Origin: an uncultured bacterium
Lineage (GTDB): Bacteria > Hydrothermota > Hydrothermia > UBA1063 > CAJXJZ01
Reading direction: 5' to 3'
Assembly: GCA_913055745.1 (NCBI GenBank)
Contig: CAJXJZ010000002.1
Location: 57,564-121,563, forward strand
DNA length: 64,000 bases
Shown: positions 1-7,776 of the stretch, in pieces
How the letters are laid out: every line of letters starts with the position of its first letter
How positions within the stretch are numbered: the stretch's first letter is position 1
Notes under the pieces: model-generated
What the model was told of the DNA's origin: nothing
What the model saw: only the letters and a program-made list of their open reading frames with translations
Databases searched by the model: none
Position numbers and translations under genes: made by a program

Positions 1-500
1 GCTTGGTCAGTTGAATCTACTCTAAACCGTAAATCCTGCGTATGATCTTCCCACCCCGAAGTTACACCACCACTGGCGAGAGGCACCGGCAGGTTAGAAT
101 TCGTGGTATATTGATTCCAATTTCCCTGACTAGAATCTGAGGTCTCCAAGTGGTCCGCTGTTACTGTTGAACTAAAGTTTCCACTGGCCCATGTGTCAAG
201 ATACCATGTTACAGCAGTATCGCAATAGACCTTTATGCCAACACCATTAGGGTTCTCCGTCGTGCCTGTTGTTGGATTATAGTATGCAGGGAAAGTCGCT
301 GGTGGGAATGTCACTGATGGGTCAGAAAGGTCAAAAACAACAGGGCCATCACTGACCATAAGACCCATTTGAGCGGGTATCTTAAGATAAACCTTTACAC
401 TATCCTTCAAGGGAGTAGTTACATCACTTGTTGATTGTGTCCCTGCATTGAGGCTTACTGCCCATGCACCTATTATTATGGGTATTACCCACTTCTTCAT
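1..500 (-). CDS. Secreted hypothetical protein, partial (C-terminus runs off window start). N-terminal signal peptide MKKWVIPIIIGAWAVSLNAG, Thr/Ser-rich mature region
   Basis: Reverse-strand ORF open from position 1 to ATG at 498-500; GGAGG RBS (rc of cctcc 507-511) 6 nt upstream; hydrophobic signal-peptide-like N-terminus. Confidence 0.5.
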   Translation of the reverse strand, partial: MKKWVIPIIIGAWAVSLNAGTQSTSDVTTPLKDSVKVYLKIPAQMGLMVSDGPVVFDLSDPSVTFPPATFPAYYNPTTGTTENPNGVGIKVYCDTAVTWYLDTWASGNFSSTVTADHLETSDSSQGNWNQYTTNSNLPVPLASGGVTSGWEDHTQDLRFRVDSTDQ

Positions 501-669
501 ATTACACCTCCTCGTTTATTTTTGATAATTATACTATAACCTTTGTGAAAAGTCAAATGAATAGGCTGTTCTATTGTTAAAGACATTGTTTTAATTGAAA
601 GATTGAAATTTCGTATTAGTGAGAGTTACATTAAAAGTGTATGTATTTTCGACATATGTAATTTATTTT

Positions 670-698
670 TTGACCATCCGTATATTATGCGATATAAT
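670..698 (+). promoter_or_regulatory. Sigma70-like promoter TTGACC-17nt-TATAAT driving tRNA-Cys/tRNA-Leu
   Basis: TTGACC at 670-675, 17-nt spacer, TATAAT at 693-698, ~10 nt upstream of tRNA 5' end at 709. Confidence 0.45.
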
Positions 699-708
699 TT
701 ATAACATT

Positions 709-781
709 GGCGGCGTAGCCAAGTGGTCTAAGGCGACGGTTTGCAAAACCGTTATTCCTCGGTTCAAATCCGGGCGCCGCC
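709..781 (+). tRNA. tRNA-Cys (anticodon GCA)
   Basis: Cloverleaf: acceptor GGCGGCG/CGCCGCC, anticodon stem ACGGT/ACCGT with loop TTGCAAA, T-loop TTCAAAT; 73 nt. Confidence 0.9.
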
Positions 782-788
782 TTATAGT

Positions 789-871
789 GCCGGGGTGGCG
801 GAATGGCAGACGCAGGGGACTTAAAATCCCCTGGGGGAAACCCCGTGCGGGTTCAAGTCCCGCCTCCGGCA
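789..871 (+). tRNA. tRNA-Leu (anticodon TAA), long variable arm
   Basis: Acceptor GCCGGGG/CCCCGGC(a), anticodon stem GGGGA/TCCCC loop CTTAAAA, long variable arm, T-loop TTCAAGT; 83 nt; followed by T-run. Confidence 0.9.
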
Positions 872-881
872 TTTTTAAATT

Positions 882-1145
882 ATGTTACTTAAACGAACCA
901 CAGGAAATGTCCTTTTGGTGCTAACAGTGGGTGCCGCATTTGGTACCCTTATTGGAGCAATTGTTAAGGCCATTGTTCCAGAAAGTAATGTCAAAACAGT
1001 ACTTTTTAAGGATATATCTTTTGGATTGAATAGGTTCAATCTTGACCTTGTATTTTTTAAAATGGGTTTATCGTTTCATATTGTATTTAATATCTTTACG
1101 GTGTTTTTTGTGTTTTTAATGATATATCTTCTTATCAAGCACTAA
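882..1145 (+). CDS. Candidate small (87 aa) two-TM membrane protein immediately downstream of tRNA-Leu
   Basis: ATG 882 begins 11 nt after tRNA-Leu; two hydrophobic helices (LLVLTVGAAFGTLIGAIVKAIV; FHIVFNIFTVFFVFLMIYLLI); no Shine-Dalgarno; stop overlaps stop of convergent gene. Confidence 0.2.
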   Translation: MLLKRTTGNVLLVLTVGAAFGTLIGAIVKAIVPESNVKTVLFKDISFGLNRFNLDLVFFKMGLSFHIVFNIFTVFFVFLMIYLLIKH

Positions 1146-2098
1146 TTTTTCCAAAAATGTGATTCCTCTTCTAAAACATTCACATATTCGTAGAATTTTT
1201 CTTTGATATATGTATCGTTTATTGAGCTAAGATAAAGGGCATAAATAGGAAAGATGCGTCTTGCTACCTTATGTTTGTCTTCATATTGGGAAGAGGCTTC
1301 TAAAAGTTCAAACATTATTCTAATCCATTCCCTATCGCCTATAGAGGAGTCCTCCTTACCAGAATATATTGCAGAAAGCATGGCAAAATGGTCTTCATAC
1401 ATGTGTTTTTTCCAGAATGGTGCGTATTTTCTAAAACCAGAAACAAACTCTTTTTTCAAAAATGAGACGCCGGGTATTTTGAGTTTATCCTCTCTGTTTA
1501 ATTGGATCTTTGGACTTTTGAAGGACTCTGTTTGTGCCTCACCCCTATCAAGGACCTTCATCAAAGTGGCAGAGGAGTTGATAAATTCATTCTTAATTGT
1601 CTCATAAAGTGGTTTAGTATCTGAAACTGGTTCTAAATTAATATTTTTAACCTTCAAATTGTTGTAAAGGGCATACGCAAGTATTCCAATATTAAATGCA
1701 GTAAGGCTTTTGGATGCTTCCCAAAGATGTTGCACATCTTCGTTTTTGAAAATATGTGCAGGAATAGATGTTGCATAAGAATGAAAACTTGTAAGATGGG
1801 GTCTTTTCAAAAGATAAAGGATTGAAAATACAAAAAATGTGGAAAAATGGCAGGCAGGGTGGTCAAATGGCTCATGTCCTATCCGAAGGACAGTATCTTG
1901 TTCTGAGATATTTTTAATTATGCTAAGCATCTTGGGATGAAAGTCTGTCAAAATGATTACCCTACCGTTATCCTCCACGTTTATGGTATTAGATGATGGA
2001 TTTAAGAGATCAGAACGCTCAAAAACCTGTATGTTGCCCCCGAATTTATCACGAGCAACCCTCACTAACGCCTTCTTTGTAATTAATATGCCTTCCAT
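1142..2098 (-). CDS. Hypothetical protein, 318 aa, His/Cys-rich motif RIGHEPFDHPACHF
   Basis: Long ORF with ATG at 2096-2098 and GAGAGG-like RBS; no family recognised by eye. Confidence 0.6.
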   Translation of the reverse strand: MEGILITKKALVRVARDKFGGNIQVFERSDLLNPSSNTINVEDNGRVIILTDFHPKMLSIIKNISEQDTVLRIGHEPFDHPACHFSTFFVFSILYLLKRPHLTSFHSYATSIPAHIFKNEDVQHLWEASKSLTAFNIGILAYALYNNLKVKNINLEPVSDTKPLYETIKNEFINSSATLMKVLDRGEAQTESFKSPKIQLNREDKLKIPGVSFLKKEFVSGFRKYAPFWKKHMYEDHFAMLSAIYSGKEDSSIGDREWIRIMFELLEASSQYEDKHKVARRIFPIYALYLSSINDTYIKEKFYEYVNVLEEESHFWKN

Positions 2099-2179
2099 AA
2101 TAATAGCCTCTCTTTACTAAGAAATATTATTTTAAAGTTAGTATTACGAACAGTCAAGGAATGTATTTCTTTTGGGAAT

Positions 2180-3427
2180 CTAAAACCTAATTAAATCAAC
2201 AATGGAATCTAAATCGTCTTTTGCAACAATAGGAACATCTTTTTTAGCGATACGTTTAATGGCTCTTGGGTCCTTAAGCCCATTGCCTGTAAGCAGAATT
2301 ACACAGGTCGCATCATGCGGAATTCTGTTCTCTTTGATGGCCTTCTTAAATCCTGCAAATGCTGCTCCTGCGGCAGGCTCAGTAAATATACCTGTATATT
2401 TCGCAAGTTCACTAATTGCTTCTAATATTTCTTCATCACTTACACCTATGAAAAAGCCATTTGATTCTTTTACAGATTTTAAAGCCTTTACTCCATCCCT
2501 TGGAACTCCAACGTTAATTGAATCTGCAACGGTTTCTGGATTTTCTATGAATTCAATCTCATCTGTATTGTTCTCGTAGGCTCTGAGTAAAGGAGCACTT
2601 TTTTCTCCTTGAACCCCTACCATATGTGGTATCTTTTCTATAAAACCCAGTTCTTTTAGTTCTTTGAAACCTTTATAAACACTCTCTATTATACATCCGT
2701 CGCCAACAGGAACAAAAACATATGAAGGTATGTTGTATTCAAGTTGCTCTGCTATCTCAAAGGCGGCTGTCTTCTTCCCTTCAGAAAGATAGGGGTTTAC
2801 GGCAGTGCTTCTAAGGTAAAGCCCAGTTTTTTCTGCGACTTTAAGGGAAAGGTCAAAAGATGTGTCATAATTACCATCAATCAATATAACCTTTGCATTA
2901 AATAATAATAATTGAAGTAGTTTTCCCTCTGGAATGCTCCTGGGTGCAAGGACATAAACAGGCATACCAATGGAGGCTCCAAATCCTGCCATTGAGGATG
3001 CGGCGTTCCCAGTAGATGCCACTATAATACCATTAGCGTTTGCTTCTTTTGCCTTTATTGCGGCAATGGAACTTGCCCTGTCCTTATAAGATAGTGTCGG
3101 CTCTCTGGTATCATCTTTTAGATAAAGGCCTTTTATATGGTATTTCTTTTCAAAAAACTCACTTTTAATGAGAGGAGTGTATCCCACCCAGAGTGGAGGT
3201 ATTAGTTTGGTATCTTCAAATGGGAGCAACTTAATATACCTATAATGACCAGGTAGTTCGGGAACAATCCAGTTCTTTCTATTAAATTTTTTACCTATTG
3301 CATCGTAATCGTAGAGTACTTCAAGGGTACCCTTATAAGGCCCACACACAGGACATGTGAACAGACCACTGTCCGGTGAATATACCCTTTTGCAACTTGT
3401 GCACCTAAGACCTGTTATTTTACTCAT
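2180..3427 (-). CDS. thrC: Threonine synthase with N-terminal zinc-ribbon domain
   Basis: N-terminal CxxC...CPVC zinc ribbon, PLP-lysine motif SYKDRAS, glycine-rich PLP loop; 415 aa. Confidence 0.9.
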   Translation of the reverse strand: MSKITGLRCTSCKRVYSPDSGLFTCPVCGPYKGTLEVLYDYDAIGKKFNRKNWIVPELPGHYRYIKLLPFEDTKLIPPLWVGYTPLIKSEFFEKKYHIKGLYLKDDTREPTLSYKDRASSIAAIKAKEANANGIIVASTGNAASSMAGFGASIGMPVYVLAPRSIPEGKLLQLLLFNAKVILIDGNYDTSFDLSLKVAEKTGLYLRSTAVNPYLSEGKKTAAFEIAEQLEYNIPSYVFVPVGDGCIIESVYKGFKELKELGFIEKIPHMVGVQGEKSAPLLRAYENNTDEIEFIENPETVADSINVGVPRDGVKALKSVKESNGFFIGVSDEEILEAISELAKYTGIFTEPAAGAAFAGFKKAIKENRIPHDATCVILLTGNGLKDPRAIKRIAKKDVPIVAKDDLDSIVDLIRF

Positions 3428-4331
3428 TTAGAATTTGAGTATAATCTCCTTCTCTGATTGCATCTTTTAAGTCTTTTGTTATGTGTATGGTTTTTATATC
3501 TATTTTCCCTTTCTCTACCTCTTTTAAAGAAAAGCATGTTCTCAAGAAAAATGCTGTGATATTTCTAAAAAGAACGGGGTCTTCTGAAAGCCTTTCAAGT
3601 GACAACATAGAAGAAGTCAAAGATGTTGATATAACAGGAAGGATGACCATGTTCCCTCTTTCTATTATGGATAGAAGTTCTCTTAAATCTAATGTGCTTT
3701 TGAGTTTTGAAACATATACAACATCAGGATTTAGAAAATGGGATGTTTTGATACCTTCTGCAATAGATTCTGTATCCTGGCCTACTTCTACTTGTAGTAT
3801 AAGAGATTGTTCATGACGCAAAACATAGGTTATGGGATCTTCAATAGTGAAAATAGCGAATTTACTAAACCTTGAAAGATAGTATAGAACAGCGGCTATG
3901 AAATCATAAGCAGGCTCTTCTGAAGGTGAGTGTATAAGAATAAAACCTTTTGGGTCATGAAATACGGATAGGATGGCATCTCTATCAAGTGGATTTTGCA
4001 TAATTTCCCGAAGCAGAGGTGGCATATCGTTTACTTTTTTTATGGCTATTAAGTATGAACCTCGTTGAATAGCATAAAACACTTGTAGTCTTCCGACTCC
4101 AGGTATGCCAACTGAGAACTGTCCTCTGTTCCCAAGAGGTTTGTTTACGAGTTTGGAGCGTTGTTTAAGATTGAGCAAAAGATTTCTTACATCGTCAGGC
4201 TTTATTTTACTATGATTAAAAAACTCTATCCCTCTTTTGAGCTTTACTGCAGGACTGGTGCCTGCCGCAAGTATGACTTCTTTTGCACCATATGTATCTA
4301 ATGCCTTTATAATGTCTTGAATACTCAACAT
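3420..4331 (-). CDS. PilT/PilU-like type IV pilus retraction ATPase homolog with degenerate Walker A, Walker B and His box (predicted catalytically inactive)
   Basis: N-terminal domain aligns with PilT (GAKEVILAAGTSPAVKLKRG ~ GASDLHLSAGLPPMIRVDG; IPGVGRLQVFYAIQRGSYLIAIKKV ~ VPGVARFRVNAFNQNRGAGAVFRTI). Asp box TIEDPITYV is conserved. Walker A GPTGSGKST is replaced by HSPSEEPAY, Walker B ILVGEMRD by VYVSKLKS, and His box TLHT by VISTS. 303 aa. GGGGG RBS. Confidence 0.6.
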   Translation of the reverse strand: MLSIQDIIKALDTYGAKEVILAAGTSPAVKLKRGIEFFNHSKIKPDDVRNLLLNLKQRSKLVNKPLGNRGQFSVGIPGVGRLQVFYAIQRGSYLIAIKKVNDMPPLLREIMQNPLDRDAILSVFHDPKGFILIHSPSEEPAYDFIAAVLYYLSRFSKFAIFTIEDPITYVLRHEQSLILQVEVGQDTESIAEGIKTSHFLNPDVVYVSKLKSTLDLRELLSIIERGNMVILPVISTSLTSSMLSLERLSEDPVLFRNITAFFLRTCFSLKEVEKGKIDIKTIHITKDLKDAIREGDYTQILNE

Positions 4332-4335
4332 ATAC

Positions 4336-5073
4336 TTAACCCCCTAAAAAGCCTAAAGCATGCTTATAATCTTCCGGTGTGTCTATTGAAATGCCGGAAT
4401 ATTCTACCAATACAGTCTTTATTTTAAGTCCATTCCAAAGGGCACGCAACTGTTCAAGGGATTCGGTTTTCTCTATCTGAGGCCTAGGTGATTCTACGAA
4501 ACTTCTAAGTGCCATTTTCCTATAGGCGTATATACCCAAATGTATGAAGTAGTTTTCTTTGTTGTATGTATTTTTCTCCTTTGGGGATGGAATTGGGGCA
4601 CGGGAGAAATATAGGGCAAAACCATTTTTATCTATTACTACCTTGGCAGTGTTTTTTGATAGGATTTCTTGAACACTTCTTGCCTTTCTTATGGGGGTTG
4701 CGATATCTGCCTCTTTTGTTTTGTACATGGTACTTATGAGGGTTGACAAAATAGATGGTGTTATAAATGGCTCATCTCCTTGAAGGTTGACTACTATGTC
4801 ATAATCTCTGTTTTTCACCACTTCCCAAACCCTGTCACTACCTGATGGATGGGAGGGGTCTGTCATAACGCTTTTGGCACCATATTTTTGGGCAGTTTCA
4901 GCAATACGCAGGTCATCTGTAGCAATTATCACTTCCCTGAATGCATTGCTTTTTTGGGCAGCCTCATACACCCATATAACGATGGGCTTATCTTTGAGTT
5001 TAAGAAGTGGTTTCCCATGAAGTCTCGTTGATGCGTATCTTGCTGGAATTACACAGATAGCATTGTGTGTCAA
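4336..5073 (-). CDS. kdsB: 3-deoxy-manno-octulosonate cytidylyltransferase (CMP-KDO synthetase)
   Basis: N-terminal AICVIPARYASTRLHGKPLL motif, ~245 aa; TTG start overlapping stop of upstream gene. Confidence 0.85.
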   Translation of the reverse strand: MTHNAICVIPARYASTRLHGKPLLKLKDKPIVIWVYEAAQKSNAFREVIIATDDLRIAETAQKYGAKSVMTDPSHPSGSDRVWEVVKNRDYDIVVNLQGDEPFITPSILSTLISTMYKTKEADIATPIRKARSVQEILSKNTAKVVIDKNGFALYFSRAPIPSPKEKNTYNKENYFIHLGIYAYRKMALRSFVESPRPQIEKTESLEQLRALWNGLKIKTVLVEYSGISIDTPEDYKHALGFLGG

Positions 5074-5537
5074 TATGACTTATGCCTGTTTTTTTTAAAG
5101 AAATAGAATCTTCCGCCTATTCCCCCTTCCATAAAGGCAGTGGTTTCTGGAAACAGCCTTACCCCTGGGGCTACTTCAAGGAAAATGTCGATAGGTGTTC
5201 CCTTAAGTTCATATCTAAGGCCAAGGTCAGCACGAATTCCAAAATAGGAGGATGTATCTATTTCAAAACTCAGTCCTGGTCCTGAATAAAATGTAAATCT
5301 TCCTGGTAATTCTATTTCAAAATCTTCTTGATTGGCTTGTATGTCCCATTGAAAGAGTAAGTCTGCATTGAAATGGAATCTCCCGGGAATAGCCCAGGCG
5401 AGTGCAATCTCGCTGAAGTTAGCCCGCGAGAGAATATATGAAAATGAAAGACCTGTAGGCTGCCCCAATATAAATCCTGTACCAATTGAACCACGTGAAA
5501 GTGAAAAGATTAAGGCAGTTAATAAATTCATATTCAC
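5070..5537 (-). CDS. Small outer-membrane beta-barrel protein (OmpW/OmpA-like barrel), signal peptide
   Basis: Signal peptide MNLLTALIFSLSRGS, alternating amphipathic beta-strands, C-terminal aromatic (…RFYFF); start may be ATG at 5529-5531 instead of GTG at 5535-5537. Confidence 0.5.
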   Translation of the reverse strand: MNMNLLTALIFSLSRGSIGTGFILGQPTGLSFSYILSRANFSEIALAWAIPGRFHFNADLLFQWDIQANQEDFEIELPGRFTFYSGPGLSFEIDTSSYFGIRADLGLRYELKGTPIDIFLEVAPGVRLFPETTAFMEGGIGGRFYFFKKNRHKSY

Positions 5538-5540
5538 AAG

Positions 5541-5615
5541 CGGGGCCGACGAGACTCGAACTCGCGACCTCCGGCGTGACAGGCCGGCGTTCTAACCAGT
5601 CTGAACTACGGCCCC
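5541..5615 (-). tRNA. tRNA-Asp (anticodon GTC)
   Basis: Reverse complement folds: acceptor GGGGCCG/CGGCCCC, D-stem GTTC/GAAC, anticodon stem CCGGC/GCCGG loop CTGTCAC, T-loop TTCGAGT, discriminator G. Confidence 0.9.
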
Positions 5616-5629
5616 GCGTAGTGTTAAAA

Positions 5630-5658
5630 AGTATAATATAAATGATATGAAAAGTCAA
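5630..5658 (-). promoter_or_regulatory. Sigma70-like promoter TTGACT-17-TATACT for tRNA-Asp (and downstream OMP/kdsB operon)
   Basis: On minus strand TTGACT (rc 5653-5658), 17-nt spacer, TATACT (rc 5630-5635), ~14 nt upstream of tRNA 5' end. Confidence 0.4.
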
Positions 5659-5730
5659 GTAATCCATCAAGATTTTTTCTTTGCACATCAATTGTAATGT
5701 ATAATATAACCATCAAAAAGGAGGGAAGTT

Positions 5731-6909
5731 ATGAAACTTTTGAGGGTTATACCAGAGAGTATGCTAAGAGGTAAAAAAGTCTTTGTGCGTTGCGATTTTA
5801 ATGTGCCGTTGGAAAACGGAAAGGTCAAAGACGATACGAGGATAAAAAAGGCACTTCCTACCATAGAGTATTTGATAGAAAAAGGTGCTAAGATAACCCT
5901 TGCTTCTCATCTCGGAAGACCAAAGGGCGAAAAAAAACCAGAACTCTCCCTCTTACCTGTAGCAAAGAGATTATCAGAGCTTCTGGAAAAGGATGTTGAA
6001 TTTGCTGAAGACTGTATAGGTGATGAGGTGAGTAAAAAGATAGAGGCGCTTTCTGAAGGCGATGTTTTACTTTTGGAAAACCTACGGTTTTATAAGGGGG
6101 AAGAGAAGAATGATGAGGATTTTGCAAAAAGCCTTGCTACGCCTTTTGATGTTTACATAAATGATGCCTTTGGTACAGCACATAGAAAACACGCCTCTAC
6201 CTATGGAATGGCTAAATACTTTAATGTAAAGGGTGCAGGTTTTCTCCTTGAAAAGGAAGTGCATATGCTAACTGAGATATTGGAAAATCCAGAAAAGCCA
6301 TTTGTAGTTATCCTTGGTGGTGCGAAGGTAAAGGATAAAATAGGCATAATTGAGAATCTTTTGGACAGGGCGGATGTCTTTGTTATTGGTGGTGGGATGG
6401 CATACACATTTCTGAAGGCTACTGGTAAAAAGATAGGGAACTCGCTCTTTGATGAAAAGCATTTTGATAAGGTGAAGGAGTTTCTTGAAAAGGGCAAAGA
6501 AAAGTTTGTTTTGCCAGTGGACCATGTTGTAGTTTCATCGCTTTCGGACCTTTCAGACCTTAGGGAGGTAGAGGAGATAGAAGAGGGATATATGGGTGTT
6601 GATATTGGAAGGAAAACCATTAGATTGTTTGAGGAGAAAATAAAGAATGCAAAAACGATTTTTTGGAACGGGCCAATGGGTGTTTTTGAGAAGAATGAAC
6701 TTGCAAAAGGTACTGTGGAGATTGCAAATAGTGTAAGGGATGCAACTGGTATGGGCGCTAAAACCGTAATAGGTGGTGGTGATACTGTATCCGCCATTCA
6801 TGTTGCCCGCCTCCATGATGAGGACTTTACACATGTTTCAACAGGAGGTGGTGCAACACTGGAGTTTCTCGCTGGTATTAAATTGCCTGGTATAGAAGCC
6901 TTAGAGTGA
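5731..6909 (+). CDS. pgk: Phosphoglycerate kinase
   Basis: 392 aa, N-terminal RxDFNVP motif (VFVRCDFNVPL), hinge and nucleotide-binding GGGA…GGG motifs; AAGGAGGG RBS. Confidence 0.95.
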   Translation: MKLLRVIPESMLRGKKVFVRCDFNVPLENGKVKDDTRIKKALPTIEYLIEKGAKITLASHLGRPKGEKKPELSLLPVAKRLSELLEKDVEFAEDCIGDEVSKKIEALSEGDVLLLENLRFYKGEEKNDEDFAKSLATPFDVYINDAFGTAHRKHASTYGMAKYFNVKGAGFLLEKEVHMLTEILENPEKPFVVILGGAKVKDKIGIIENLLDRADVFVIGGGMAYTFLKATGKKIGNSLFDEKHFDKVKEFLEKGKEKFVLPVDHVVVSSLSDLSDLREVEEIEEGYMGVDIGRKTIRLFEEKIKNAKTIFWNGPMGVFEKNELAKGTVEIANSVRDATGMGAKTVIGGGDTVSAIHVARLHDEDFTHVSTGGGATLEFLAGIKLPGIEALE

Positions 6910-7776
6910 GTGTTGTCCACTCATATGTGCTTTGATGTTTTTAAAGTGCATCTTTGCTACATAAGGCAATTTATCTTTCCCATATTTTTTTATAAACTCT
7001 AAGATTGCCTTGTTTACATTGGAACCTGCGCCTTTTGGAAATGACATGGAGTATTCTTTTTCCATTTTCTTCAAGTGTTCTATGTAATAAAAACGCGCAA
7101 TAATAGAAGCAAGGGCTGAGGAGAGATACCGCTCCCCTTGAGATTCAATGATAAAATCCATTGTTCTCCCTTTGGAAAACATATAACTTTTTATAAAATC
7201 AGGGTTTGCAAACATATCTATTATAACAAGATGTGCCTCTTTTTTATTTAAAATGTTCTCAATTACCCTTGCATGTGCCCATGCGAGAATTCTATTTACA
7301 TTTTTCATCTTTGCATATAGTTCATTGTATTTTTTTGGTTTTATAAGAACCACATCGTATAAAAAACTTTTTTTAATGTATTCTATTTGCTCTTCTATTA
7401 CATCATCACCTAATCTCTTACTGTCTTTTATTCCCATTTCAATGAGTTTTGGGACATCATCTTTATCAACATACGCACCTGCCACAACAAGTGGTCCAAA
7501 CACATCGCCTTTGCCAGATTCATCTGTACCTATCTGTGGAAATCTGAGTCCTTCTTTGAATGCTTGTACGAGCATATTGGAGAGGGGAGCACAGAGTGGT
7601 ATGGGATAAACCAGGGTGCCTGTAGATGGGTAGAAAATGTATTTTTCTCCTTCTATTTCAAATACTTCCTGATTTTGTGACTTCTTATATGTATCTGCAA
7701 TATTGTACAAAAGGGTGCGCACTTTGGTACGCACCCTATGTGGGAGGATTATGGACCTTATCTTTCTACTTTTCAA
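6901..7776 (-). CDS. rnhC: Ribonuclease HIII (RNase HII-family catalytic domain with N-terminal TBP-like extension)
   Basis: IGTDESGKGDVFGPLVVAGAYV active-site motif, ~90 aa N-terminal extension, 291 aa; TTG start (uncertain). Confidence 0.75.
   Translation of the reverse strand: MKSRKIRSIILPHRVRTKVRTLLYNIADTYKKSQNQEVFEIEGEKYIFYPSTGTLVYPIPLCAPLSNMLVQAFKEGLRFPQIGTDESGKGDVFGPLVVAGAYVDKDDVPKLIEMGIKDSKRLGDDVIEEQIEYIKKSFLYDVVLIKPKKYNELYAKMKNVNRILAWAHARVIENILNKKEAHLVIIDMFANPDFIKSYMFSKGRTMDFIIESQGERYLSSALASIIARFYYIEHLKKMEKEYSMSFPKGAGSNVNKAILEFIKKYGKDKLPYVAKMHFKNIKAHMSGQHSL

Noticed and set aside
619-924. 101-aa ORF spanning both tRNA-Cys and tRNA-Leu
   Set aside because: Entirely overlaps two well-folded tRNA genes and their promoter; translation reads through tRNA sequence (…GGVAKWSKATVCKTV…); spurious.
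5681-5705. Possible pgk promoter TTGCAC…TATAAT
   Set aside because: Spacer is only 13 nt; not annotated as a feature. The real promoter may use an extended -10 element or lie elsewhere.
6201-6797. 198-aa antisense ORF inside pgk, and similar long antisense ORFs inside M14 (8538-8912), amidohydrolase A (10019-10564), purL (30398-30919), ftcD (52714-53256) and murF (62596-63111)
   Set aside because: They lie fully inside confidently identified genes on the opposite strand, lack RBS, and their translations are low-complexity Ser/Pro/Phe-rich; they are typical shadow ORFs.
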